Origin: Eutreptiella sp. 'Long Island Sound 2002'
Lineage: Eukaryota; Protista; Euglenida
Length of the DNA: 64,000 bases
Direction: 5' to 3'
NCBI GenBank assembly: GCA_964036045.1
Contig: OZ038378.1
Coordinates: 158,224,001-158,288,000 of the forward strand
Shown here: in pieces, positions 36,101 through 46,654 of the stretch
Layout: each line of letters begins with the position of its first letter
Position numbering within the stretch: position 1 is the stretch's first letter
Made by a program: the position numbers and the translations under genes
The notes under the pieces: generated by a model
Seen by the model: the letters and a program-made list of their open reading frames with translations, nothing else
Told to the model about the DNA's origin: nothing
The model's database searches: none

Positions 36101-37895
36101 ACAGCGCCGGCAGAAGGTAGATGCCCGTGACGACCACGATCAGTGTCCAAGTGATGAATTTCACTGCGAACCACCAGTCGTTGGACTCCTCCACTGTCCA
36201 CTGGACCACCGCTGGCCATTGCTCCCCTGTACTCAGGGCGTAAGTTGTGATGATGGCGTCCAGTAGCGTGTCGTAGCTGTAGCGGTAGCCCGGGGGGGTC
36301 GTAATGCCGTACATAAAGTTGCACCCGACAATCGCAAAGATCCAGATGAGCCCGAAATGGACGACCTCCAGAAGGGCGTACCGTGGCACGCACGACAGCC
36401 AGGCGACGTTCATAGTCCGCGCCCGGAGCCCCAGCGTGATGAAGTCGAAGATGTGCAGGAGCCGCAGCGCCCGCAGCCCTCGGAAAACCACGATAGGACT
36501 CAATGGACTGACGAAGAGCTGGATGAAAGCGAGCAGGTTAACGATCACGAGGACGAAGTCCAGGATGTTGAAGAGGTCGTGAAAGTAGCGGAAGCGGTAC
36601 ACGAAAATTTTGAGGAAAAACTCCGCGAAGAAGAAAGCCGAGCAAACCCAATAAATCACGTTTCCCGCAATCTCGACCCCGTGCGGAACGCCGTACCAGT
36701 ACAACGCCAGCCCAACAACAGAGATCACCGTGTTGATGACCATGAACGCCTTGAAGCCCTTGCTCTCGACAAGAAGTCGCGTGTTGGCACGCATCCTCTC
36801 GCCCGTCCCCATCCTGGCAGTCCGGTCCTGCGGCGGCTCGTCGTAGTCTCGCTGCTCGTTCACGCTCTGGAAGTGCGGTAGTCTGGAGAGGGCTGTGTAG
36901 TTCTTCAGCAGCACCGCCATTGCCAGCATCGTCACGTAGTACCCCGCCAGAGGTGCTATAATGAAATACCAAAAGAACCACCATCCCGCGCACGCCTCGT
37001 GCTCGCGTGCGCTGTACCAGTTATTGGAGGATGACATAAGTCGTAAGTTGTTGACGGAAGCATGGGCGATATTGTCGTAGTTGAGGATGCCGTACTGGAA
37101 GCAGTCCCGCACGGCGCAGGTCCCTGCAGCACAGTAATTGTCCCCCTCCCATGGCTTGCCGGTCGTCGTCGCGCAAGGCAGCTCGGCGGAAAGCTTGGCC
37201 GTGCAAACGGTGTTGTTCGTGCTGTTGCAGCACGGGCTGGGGTCCAGATTGTCGTCGTAGCAGCGCTGGTGGGTCAGCCCACTGAACAACCACACGCCAA
37301 GAATGCCCCACCATGCGCACTGGAAGAGGATCGCCGCCAACACGAAAAGGATCCCGTAGAGGGACATCACTATGGCGCCGCACAGAAGCTTGAAGAACGT
37401 CGTGGTCTTGACATCCGAGGACCCCATCACCACCAGCCGTCCCACACGAAGGACTGCCAGGAAACGCGCAGAGGAGTCTACCAGTTGCCAGATGATGATC
37501 ACCAGGTCGACGATGTTCAGCACCGAGCGGAAGAACGGGGGCCGCGGATGCGGCTCAGACTGCCGGAACAGGCCCCAGGCAATCATCTTCAAGGCCGCCT
37601 CCGTGAGGAATAGGACGTTGCAGGTAATGCAGATGGCCTCACCGGCAGTGTGTGTCGGGGAGCCCTCATATTGCGGGATGCGCAGCCCCAACGCGAAAAT
37701 GTGAATGATGATCAGAATCCACAGCAGCCACTCTGTGTACTTGGACAGGAGCGCCAGTTGGGTCTTCTCGCGCACGCGTGACCACATGAGCCGCGTGCCA
37801 TTGCAGCACCGGGTCTTTTTGGCATTTGGGTTGTTCTCCAAATAGTAGCGGAACTGCGCCGCCCAAATGTCATGCTGCTGATGGATGGCGTCCAT
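33138..37895 (-). CDS. Four-domain voltage-gated-like cation channel alpha subunit (Cav/Nav/NALCN superfamily), ~1585 aa, no introns within this frame
   Basis: Four 6TM repeats. Pore loops NYDNI...RLMSSSNNW, YDTL...STGEQW, FDDM...FLWAQW, FQNF...AGGEFW. The C-terminal LSMEDLHKYTHAWSRLDPTATGEV resembles the EF-hand-like region of Cav/Nav channels. An upstream exon cannot be excluded. Confidence 0.93.
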   Translation of the reverse strand: MDAIHQQHDIWAAQFRYYLENNPNAKKTRCCNGTRLMWSRVREKTQLALLSKYTEWLLWILIIIHIFALGLRIPQYEGSPTHTAGEAICITCNVLFLTEAALKMIAWGLFRQSEPHPRPPFFRSVLNIVDLVIIIWQLVDSSARFLAVLRVGRLVVMGSSDVKTTTFFKLLCGAIVMSLYGILFVLAAILFQCAWWGILGVWLFSGLTHQRCYDDNLDPSPCCNSTNNTVCTAKLSAELPCATTTGKPWEGDNYCAAGTCAVRDCFQYGILNYDNIAHASVNNLRLMSSSNNWYSAREHEACAGWWFFWYFIIAPLAGYYVTMLAMAVLLKNYTALSRLPHFQSVNEQRDYDEPPQDRTARMGTGERMRANTRLLVESKGFKAFMVINTVISVVGLALYWYGVPHGVEIAGNVIYWVCSAFFFAEFFLKIFVYRFRYFHDLFNILDFVLVIVNLLAFIQLFVSPLSPIVVFRGLRALRLLHIFDFITLGLRARTMNVAWLSCVPRYALLEVVHFGLIWIFAIVGCNFMYGITTPPGYRYSYDTLLDAIITTYALSTGEQWPAVVQWTVEESNDWWFAVKFITWTLIVVVTGIYLLPALFFAVQVRHFQATMEEVITEQNVFSEYSSRDPRAKALARLLHGKFEYENASDPECERELVTFAPVIDPIGPRPPMRSKVDCPQPRSDIQKGLAEFVVGNVFQAIVNGFIVLQCFWTTLVNSRQDDTVLTVAEVFLSVCLAVSGIEIGLKIYVLGPRRYLRFAWNIFDVIVFGLALGGLWLPALNFAIWLRLFHLVRLYMPGRRVHTVLFGSNRVYGTVCTAFGLIVCVSLAFALIGIRLFAGRFNMCLRCPPDANGDYYQTDCTVVSDSLHYCNQTLCEAPPYNTTGGTLQVWSQTITTFDDMYMASVSLLRLFLWAQWTDLLYAGMDVQGIGECLNRDSSEVNFLFFIAYIIVGSYILKMWFLAVVAYSMSSVHLAVPAFEALNMRYQTWLTYVLNVLRFIRQRPQPSLSNRLKQAEPPSNRFMRMLFKLRLRLTLIAWGKPYAVFLCLIETFYFGVLCSMHWRQPDWLGTFQSVTGQFVVVVWLFDFYLRTSALGKAYFSVGLYVFQFCALIADVVGCVLHWAGVAKQYPYGFIRLSWLLHLINVTIRFCTDNPVGLPFFRMRPYYVLQVLDHLIPQLIAIFLIFGIFVASYSTIAVPLFEDLEIDGVVLTNHTNFQNFYKGIRAVSQMAGGEFWVYVMALAQMQPPFCTDGTTCPAAGSHWIVPVAPMFSFVLFSLLTATVFDFVAQLSLDAETESGLSMEDLHKYTHAWSRLDPTATGEVAPKSAMLLWQYIRASQDTYSKGPLHAGLSEYRPEPGFLETIRFPVILWPINRNCKFMYWEGVAALISTICSVGYIEHRLLQQLVDPGSRLPTRFFFTVTHAILALNLDRSWKAFRPIKVDRLRYRYGLQRLALKERARLHDDTTEDLLLSDLLFWTDSEDLDAPTPCHTPEESVHSGRPGGLPWGGAGAWARDDPFCLEDDAASEGLPDRRLSSRVLTSARAIRALVARRRAGRARLQAEAHRIREIVLDPANPRADLDEPESD

Positions 37896-38269
37896 CACTT
37901 GGCCTGGCTCGGCGGCACGTGCGGAGCCCTACTCAGAGCAACGCAAAGCGGAGGCCGCTGCAGTATCCGGTCCGGAGAAAAATAGACACTCAGAAAGTGA
38001 GTCTACCACCGCCACCTTTGTGGCCGGTTGGTTGTCCAACTTCGCCACCTGTCCCTGACCACCAAAAGCAAACCTCTGCAGCCGCTCTGGGCAGGGACAG
38101 GGCGCATGGACAGGGTGCTGGACCCACAACGTTTACTTCATAAAAGCAACTAAGACGCAGAAAGGAGGTGAGCGGTAAAAAGCAGTCCCTGTACATAGAA
38201 AAACACATGGATGGACGATCAACAAAAAGGCCAGAATTCTAGTGGGGTTCCTGAGGGGCAGGTTCCCCC

Positions 38270-39300
38270 TCCGCCCAGTTCTGGGGACCAACAGTTGAGC
38301 GCGTTCGGCTGGAGGTCGCGCTTGGCTGCTTGTTTTCTTTTTTTATCAAATGGGCCAAGTTTGAATGTGCCAAGTGCCGTGGAAGTTTGTTGAATGTGCC
38401 AAGTGCCGTGGAGGCACTGTTGTAGCTAAGTACAGATGCTAAGGAGGTCACGCTTGGCTGCTTGTCGGAACGCCTTGACAACTGATAGGGCACGTTGACA
38501 AAGACTCGGCAGTTGGAGGGCGCTGCGGCCAAAAAGGAGTAGATGGGACGCAGCGAGGTGGCTGATGAGGTAGAGTCCATACATTTCAGCCCTATAGGAT
38601 TCTTGTTCTCTTAATACTCTTAATACCCGTGAGAGGATGCATGTACGGCCAGCTGCTATACCTACTCCTGCTCTACCGTCATGCAACCTACTACCGTTGG
38701 AGTAGAATGGCCCCTCCAATGGGATGGGACCTTGGACATAGCATTGGTAGCCTGCAATCTCTACAGGCCGGTGACCTACTGGGGTGTGGGATTTGGTGCC
38801 TGCACCCAGGTTTCAGGCTTGGCATATTTTCTCTCGAGGCCCAGTCTTGTTCTTTGCTTGTGACTAGCTACTTCCTCTGGGGTGTCCTCCTTGTCAAAGA
38901 GCGTGGGTCCTGCTGATGTTTGGGTCGGTGCTGCTCGTTGGTGCGGCACCCGTGCTCGTAGCTGCGTCACCACTTCAATGTAAAGGGGTAGGGCAGTCTG
39001 ATTTGTGGTCACCAATAGCTGTTTGCTGAGCATAGACGGCACTGTGGTAACCATAGTCGTGCGCCATCTCCAATACATCTGGTGGAGCCCCATGCGTCCG
39101 AGTTTCTTTGTGGTCACGATCTTTCCTAAGTCCTGCTTGGGGCACATGCCGTGACATCACAAGCTGCGTGGTCTTTTTGCCGGTAACACCAACGTGGTAT
39201 CAGCGTCGTGGAGACTAATTCCGCGCGCTACCATACATTGAGTGCCAGGTCTTCGTAGCTTTTGAGGTCCGCTGTGACCGTTTGAACGATGTCCTGCTCT
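38270..39300 (-). mobile_element. Degenerate LINE-B fragment (RT end, thumb, RNase H)
   Basis: TLIPRWCYR, KLGRMGLHQMYW and FYSNGSRLHDGRAGVG...QESYRAEMYG match the corresponding segments of the copy at 41993-45673. Confidence 0.8.
38334..38442 (-). mobile_element. 109-bp poly(A)-tailed retroposed fragment with 23-bp TSD
   Basis: GGAGGTC(G/A)CGCTTGGCTGCTTGT at 38311-38333 and 38443-38465 flanks an insert that starts with a T-run followed by ATCAAATGGGCCAAG. The same terminus occurs at 41993-42020. Confidence 0.8.
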
Positions 39301-40130
39301 TGTTGTTCCCGTTGGCATTGTTGTGTCCTTCCTATGATGCAGGTAGCGGGATTTCCCATTCAGTGGGGTCCCCATGTGCGTTGTGCCGTTTGGAGAGTGG
39401 ACGCGGCGGGACTTCCCACAATGTGGGGTCCTATTCTTCCCGAGGTCACTTCACCTGGAGAAACGGCTTTTTGTGCACGAGTAATGTTTCTGCGTCGCTC
39501 AAGACGCGCAGCTCGTGGAGTGCGCGCTAATCAAATAATTGGTTGCGTATCCAGGCTTCACACTGGTGGAGAAGCTGCGGTGTGTAACCCAGGTGGACAT
39601 TCGGTTGTGTTTGCAAGCGGAGGAGGTGGGCTGGGCATCGCGTAGCAAAATGCCGGCCTGCCACATCCTCCACGTGGCGTGCTCACACTACCAATTTTGC
39701 CGCGTTGTTGACAATGGCTATGTCTGCGTAGTATTGCTGAAACCTGTGGCTGAGTCTGTCCGCGTGAATCTGATCCTGGGTCTGGGAGGTGAGTAAATTG
39801 TGGTGTGCGTGTTTCGCCCCAGATGCTCTGTCACAAAGTGCCCGAAGGTGCCTCAGTTGCTCCATGGTGTGCTCGCAGGCACAAGTATATATACCTAAAG
39901 GCCTAGGTGACCTTGCGGGGGTGCCTCATCATGAGGTCTCCCGCCCCCGAGCGGTGGGCCTTCCAACGTACTTGGAGTGTGTTTTGGAGACGAGTCCTTG
40001 TGGGTGGGAGGGAAGCACAGAGGGGGACCGGTGCAAGATGGCCCGTATGAATCATCAAACGGCGTCTTTGTCATTTGCTCGGCGTGCTTGCTTAAGCCAC
40101 ATGCCCTAGTCTGTGGTCGGTATGTTGGTA
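39300..40130 (-). mobile_element. Degenerate LINE-B 3' fragment
   Basis: WEVPPRPLSKRHNAHGDPTEWEIP matches WEIPLQPLPKRHKTHWDPNEWEIP at about 42150-42250. The upstream helical region resembles 42392-42775. Boundaries are approximate. Confidence 0.65.
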
Positions 40131-41992
40131 TGGTTGGTATGTCGTTGGTTTCCAGGCCTCTTTCGGGTACCTTTGAGCCATTTCCCCCCTTATTGAGCCC
40201 CTTTTATTGGTAAATCTATTGTTACCTCCCCACCAACTCAGTTCCAGTTCAATCTTGGTCAGCGGGGGCATGCATGGGTCAAAAAGTGGTCAAAAAATTA
40301 TTTTTTCCAAATTTGGTCCTCGGCCACTTTAGGAGCTCTAACAAGTGGCTTGTCATTGTTTTAGCTACTTTTGAGACATACCCCACCCCCCTGTCAATGG
40401 CCCGGGCCGTGTTTCTTCTTTCGAGAGGGGGGGTCCATTAGCAAGGGTGGCCATGTTTCTTTTTTCGAAGGGGGGGGGGTCCATTGACACACGCATGGGG
40501 GGTCCATTGACTCGCATTGTCGTCAAAAATAAAAAAAATTCTTTGCGCACGCATATTTTAGCTTGTGGCATCGGCTCAAACCTGGTGGGGACCAATGCTT
40601 TGTACCTCTTGCATCTTTGTGGTGGCTGTGGAGCTCACGTTGGCCACCTTTTGCAATTTTTGCATGCTTTTGCACTTTTTTTTGTGGTGCCCAACATTTG
40701 TTTCCCATGACTTTCCTTCCTCACACATACAAGGACACAATGGCAAACACGAAAAAAAAAATGCGCAACTGCAACTTTTGAAACCATGATGGTTGAAACT
40801 GACGACCGTAGGCCTGCTTCAAAAAAGTTTCAGCACCATTGACTTCATGTGGCAGTCAATGAATCTAGCATTGAAGTTGACGAGCATGGCTGAATGCTAC
40901 AAAATAACGGCATGCATTAGATCGCAACATACCCAGGGGGCTAGATGTGGCCCTCATCAAAGGACACAAAAGACAACCAACGAATGTACTTTTGGGCAAT
41001 ATGATCAGGCAATGGCACATGTTGTCAAGGCAGCATACGACCTACCATAAACTCCCGTCCCCCCCCCATTACCTCTTCTTGCATTCTCAACCTCAAAAAC
41101 CGTGGCCAAGAAGCGATGAGCAGACTGGATCGCCCTGCATAAGGGGTGGGGGGCATCGTCCCCCAAAACAAGTGGGGTGCCCTCACCAACAAACCAAAGC
41201 AAATAATTATTTTGACGGGCTTGCGACTTATGTATGGATTTGGGTGATTTGTGCTTCTACTGTATTTTTTGAGTGTTTGTGTTTTATGCTGCTTTTGGAT
41301 AGGATAGCGTTGTTTCCATCAGCTGTGGTGGGTCACAGCAGGATGACCAAGAACAACAGGGCAAACACAGTAAAGGAACCACAAATTCAGTCCAAACGTG
41401 CATGCGAAAGGCAACCACAGATGTAAGATGTATCTGTTTGGCTCTCATGGGATGGGAAGCAAAGCGCAGATAAGTAGATTCATCTAAAAGGATTGAATAT
41501 TGTTGACGGCATGTTGTCACCTCCCTAGTCCCTCTCATCTCGTCCCTTCCCCAGCCAAGTTTTGCTTTGCCTTCACTATTTGGCAAACCATTGCTCCGTG
41601 GCCTGATGGTTGCTCGTCATGTAAAGTGCATTGATATGATGCACTCTTCTTTACTGTTACTGTGGCTTTTCTCGGTCGAACCTACTAGTGGTCATCCCAC
41701 ACAAACACAACATTTTAAGACGGCCGCAATAAAATTATGAATCAGTCTGAGACACCCGTGGACCGCAAATGTGCATGTTTCCACCTGTGCACCAGCACAA
41801 AAATGCCATGTGCCCATCACATGCCATTGCACACGAAAGGAACTAGGCAAAGAAAAAGGCAATTCGTGTGCGATTTGGTGAAAAATTCTCGAGGGGGGCC
41901 ATGTTTCTTCATTCGAGAGGCGGAAGCATTGGCATGAGGGGTCCATTGGCATGGGGGGGGGGGGGGTAGCCCATGCAATTTCCCAAACGGCC

Positions 41993-44900
41993 TTTTTTTT
42001 TTATCAAATAGGCCAGTTCATAAAGTGCCATGGGCCACTGTGGGCCAAGTTCATTGCAGAGTATGGATTTCGGCAAAGCCAGGGTGTGCATACGGGCTGC
42101 AGCTCATGACTGCGCCCCCATGGTTTCCCGTTGGGGTGGTTGTGGTCATGTCAGTGGTATTTCCCACTCGTTTGGATCCCAGTGCGTTTTGTGTCGTTTT
42201 GGTAGAGGTTGCAATGGGATTTCCCACAAGGTGGGATCCCAATGTTCTCGTGGTCGTTTCCGTATGAGGTATATTGTCTGTCGTGATTGTCGGGTTGTGT
42301 GCCAGTATTCTGATGCCTTTTGTTTGCATTCGTCGTTGTACCACTGTGTCATGTTCGCCATGTGCTCTTGTTGGCACCACATGTATTGTGCCTACCGTAG
42401 GTGATGGTCCAGCAGCTTATTGGTTTCAGCGCACATCTTCTCGTATCGCCTGCAAATCAGCAGCAACATTTTCGCGTCCACATAACACGTCACTGTGTCG
42501 TATTTCGCCTGCTCGTACCATTGTCTGCGTACCTGGCACATGTGGGTATGTGTGTTGTGCAGTCGTTGTGCTGCCATCTGCTCTGTGATCAGTTTGGTCA
42601 CCAGCATGTGATAGTCTGTTTTGGCCGTTAGTGCGTTGGTGTAGTACGCGTACAGTGTGCTTAGGTGCCGTCGTGTTACCTCTGCAGCGTGTTTGCTGAG
42701 GTATATGTCGTACGATTGCTGTGCGTGCTCCTGTGCCAACCTGTCGGCGGTCGTTTTGTACTGCTCCCACCCCACCGCTGTGCGGCAACACTAAGCCGCC
42801 GCCGCTTCTGGGTTTGTTCTCCCTGGGCTGTGTCAGTTGCTCGCATTCTTGTTAGCCATGCCACCGCATCGTTGTCGTTTGCAGCGCGCGCATCACGAAT
42901 CCATTGGTCGGGGTCTATGGGCTCCGCCGTTTCGACCTCGGTCCTACGTTTTCGTTTCGTGCCGCTCCGCATGGGCGCTCCGACGTGGTTGCGTAGGTTT
43001 TGTGGCGTTTCCCGCGGTGGCAGTGCTTGTGCAACATACTTTGTCAGCCATAGGGGTGACGGTGGCTGGTGAGGTGTAGGGTCTGCGAGTTTCTGCCTTA
43101 GGGTTTGGACAGCCTGTATCATGCGAAACTGAAATAGGCCTACCTCTGTCCGTAGCTTATGTCGTTCCGTGGTGGGTATGGCGTCAACGAGGGACATTGG
43201 AACGAGCAGCCTGGCACAGAGCCAGAGCTCGTGGCTAGTGGCCGTTTGCTGCCATTGGTAGGTGTGTTGGGCCCAATAAGTCCAGCTCCTACGCCACAGG
43301 TCCCAGAACTCGCCCCAGGCGGGACAGTACGCCAGTCTTGACTGCACTGATGCTCTGTGTTGTTGGCCACATTTGGAGCATAGGGTGGGTGTCCTCTCCC
43401 AAGGGGCACCTGTTCCCCACCACCTTACCTGTCCCCACAGCCATGGGGTCCGAGCGTTTCGTCTGTAATGTTTCATGGGGAGCCAGCTCACCCAGTGCAC
43501 TTCTGGTGTATGTTTTTGTCTACGCATTTGCATAATCCATGCCTTGGCAGGCGTGGGCATGATTTGTCCGATGATGACAATATCATGGGGTTGTGGTTGT
43601 TGGGAGTCCATGGGCAGGTTGTCGCCCATATTGGCAAGGACATCGGAGTGGTTGTTCCCCTGAATGTCTTGGTAGTCGTTATACGTGGTGGCTTGCTCAA
43701 GGGTACGGTGTCCCGGAGTCTAGCGCATCGTCAGTTGCTTCGAAGAGGTGTTGTGGTAGCCTATGTCGCGGTAGTCCTGGTCTTTGACTACCCCTTTTCG
43801 TTTTATAGGTGTGGCTTTAACCACACTTTGGTTGTCAACTATGATGTCTTCCCCTGGTCTGGCCAGTTCACATGCCAGCGCGCATGCGATTGTCTCGGCC
43901 CGATACACTTGCTGGGGGCCGTGCACCCGAAATGCTGCGTGGTAGTTTCCGTTGTATATGCCCCCTCCCGCTCGTCCGTGTCGTTTCGACCCGTCAGTAT
44001 ACCACCTCGTGGTGGTGGGTTCTCCCGTGTAGTGTATAGTGATCCCATGGATCTTCTGTTGGTGGGGTAGTGTCTGGTAGACCTCGTGGGTTTCCTCTGG
44101 GGTTGGCTCGTCCGGTGGGTTCATCCAGCCATAGTCCAGACGGTTGGTAGCCGGCCGTGTTTTCCCCGCGTGTGTCTCCTGGTCCTCCTCCGAGCTCTCC
44201 AAGTCGTATAGGCCCGCCGACAGGGGCCGGTGTTGCCTGGGTTGGGATATGCGCCGGCCACCGTGCCCCCTAGGGCTCGGACAGCGTCGATGTATTTATA
44301 TTGGGTTGCAGTGAGTTGTTGTGTGGGGCCGTTGTTTTGCAGCTCTTGCTGCCCCAGTGTAACCCACCGGGTGATGTAGGACCACCATAACTGACATACG
44401 CCTAGTCCCCCGTGGTTGAGGTTGGCAGTCAGTCGGTGCTTGTTCATTTGTTGTTCTATCCCGGCTGTGTTCCTAATGTACTGTAGGAGTATGTAATATA
44501 CATAAATATAAATATAAATATATATAAATATAATATAAATGTCTAATATGGAAACATGTACGCCACCACACATGGAACACCACGACCCCAACATACGAGG
44601 AGTACATGAGGTGCCTGCGCGCACCAAAGAACAAATCAGCCGGACCCGATGGTGTACCTCCGCACTTGCTCCGGCACCTACCTAACCACATACAGCAACA
44701 ACTGTACCAGGCAATCATCGCAGTCTGGAACGGACAAAACATCCCAGTGGCCTGGCTGCAGTCAAGGGTAGTGCTCATTTATAAAAAGAAAGACCCCAGG
44801 ACCCACGAAACTACAGGCCGATCTACGTTTCCACAGCCATATATAGCATACTCACACGTCTCCTCCTGACGCGTATATCTAGAGCCATGACCCCGGGACT

Positions 44901-45670
44901 ACAACACGGTGCCATACAGGGCCGAAACACCACGACCCTAGCCACAAGACTACTCAACGACTTACACACACAAGACGGGTACGTGGCCCTTCTCGGCGTG
45001 GCCAAAGCTTTCCCCTCAGTCCCTCCACCAATGCTGACTGGGATCGTCAAGGAGGCAGGGGCACCAGAAAACATCATACGGATGCTTGGGGAGATATACC
45101 AGCACACACCGGCCGTATCGACCCTCCACGGACGGGACCTCCCCATACGTCCCACCACGGGCATGAAAGAGGGGTGCCCCCTCTCCCCAACACTATTTCT
45201 CTTATACTACGACATACTACTTAGGGAAACCAAAGAGCGTTGCCCGGGAGCCCACCTATACGTGTTCGTTGATGACACCGTGGTGCGCGCACCCACGAAG
45301 GAATCGCTACTACACACCCTAGACACACTCCACGAAGTGGCATACACAATGGGGCTACGCTTCAATAAGGACAAAACTGAAGTATACCACTGGGCTAAGG
45401 ACTATAGCCTAGAACCTATCACATGGCAGCACCAACTTATCCCCGTGCGGCCACCCATATTGACGTATCTGGGTCACGTACTAGCCCATCCCACACAAGA
45501 AGACACAGCGTGGGACATGGTGACCGCACAATTGCACCACGACATAGCGGCTTACAGGACCCTACCGCTTAACGCCTACGAAAAGGTTGCCATCATAAAC
45601 ACCGTCCTCATCCCTCGATGGACCTACAGGGGGCTATTCCTCGGGAACAGAGCACGGATGGCTCTATGGG
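41993..45670 (-). mobile_element. LINE-B insertion with poly(A) tail, 5' inversion and 20-bp TSD
   Basis: T-run at 41993-42002. TSD ATGCAATTTCCCAAAC(G/A)GCC at 41973-41992 and 45671-45690. The sense part (minus strand) runs 44494-41993 and the inverted RT part (plus strand) runs about 44543-45673. Confidence 0.88.
42146..44494 (-). pseudogene. LINE-B ORF 3' half: thumb, RNase H, CxxC Zn knuckle and long C-terminal extension (frameshifted)
   Basis: LNHGGLGVCQLWW; WYTDGSKRHGRAGGG...QQVYRAE...IVDNQSVV; CSKCGQQH...RLAYC. Split over several ORFs. Confidence 0.8.
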
Positions 45671-45673
45671 ATG
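44543..45673 (+). pseudogene. Inverted LINE-B reverse transcriptase segment (frameshifted)
   Basis: KSAGPDGVP, WLQSRVVLIYKKKDP, QHGAIQGRNTT, VAKAFPSVP, GMKEGCPLSP, YVFVDD, LRFNKDKTE, TYLGH. Confidence 0.9.
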
Positions 45674-45868
45674 CAATTTCCCAAACAGCCCCTAAAAGGG
45701 CCAAAGGTGGCCAAAATCAGCCTGAAAAGTGAAGTTGTAGAAGCCCCACCTTTCTTTGTTACCCTGTTTTGTTCATGTCATTGAGTGTACTCGGGAGAAC
45801 CCCGGAAGGTACATTTATGTACAGTACGGGTGGACCCGGAAACAGGGCGGATCTATGGTCCCGGCAAA

Positions 45869-46654
45869 GGGGGAACCTTTGCACTGCACGCGCACTGCGC
45901 GCTACTTTTAGACTATGTCCCCCCCGAAGAGCCCCCAAGCACACCCCTTAGAAACGCCCTTAGAATTAGGTGACCCAAACTGCCCCAGCTCAAGAAAGTT
46001 GCAAACTACCTTCCCTTCCCACTACACACATCATGCACAACTGGAAAAGCCATGAACAGGCGTGGGTTGCACCATTTTTAGCGATGGAGGTTGGGTTGGG
46101 GCAAACTTGCATGTAACATGATCCATGAATGCCCTTTCCCTTACGTACATGGTACTCACACGAGCCTTAATCGCGTCCTTGTATCGGATAATCGGACTTG
46201 CTTCAATACTTCCACTTCCCTATGGAATCTTTGGCCGTCCGATGCGTGCTTGTCCCCCTGAGTGGAAATGACTCTATGGAATCTTTGGCCGTCCGATGTG
46301 TGCTTGTCCCCCTGAGTGGAAATGACTCTATGGAATCTTTGGCCGTCCGATGCGTGCTTGCCCCCCTGAGTGGAAATGGCTCTTCGCCAATCTGCGGAGA
46401 TATAATGTAAAGCATAAACACAATCAAGGCAAGAGAGTCGCAAACGGCATTGTAGTAAAGAGGGCGGAAATGCTACGTCACCCCTGCATTCTCGGGGGTC
46501 CCCAAACAACGGGGGACAAAATCAGAAGTCAAAACGTACGCTAGGGGTCACCATGATGCCCCTAGGGGCCCCTAGTATCTCAAAGTATGGGTCTCTAGTA
46601 CGGCCACACGCCCAAATAGTTGCACTGTGCGCGCACTGCGCTTGAGGCGCCCCC
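45869..46654. mobile_element. PIF/Harbinger-like non-autonomous element, TSD AAA
   Basis: GGGGGAACC...GGCGCCCCC termini, with AAA at 45866-45868 and 46655-46657. The left ~120 bp are nearly the same as in 47329-48106. Confidence 0.75.
46220..46381. repeat. 54-bp tandem repeat x3
   Basis: CTATGGAATCTTTGGCCGTCCGATG(C/T)GTGCTTG.CCCCCTGAGTGGAAATG units start at 46220, 46274 and 46328. Confidence 0.92.

Noticed and set aside
33196-37704. Many antisense and alternate-frame ORFs over the channel gene and the LINE ORFs
   Set aside because: Expected shadow ORFs of GC-rich coding DNA.
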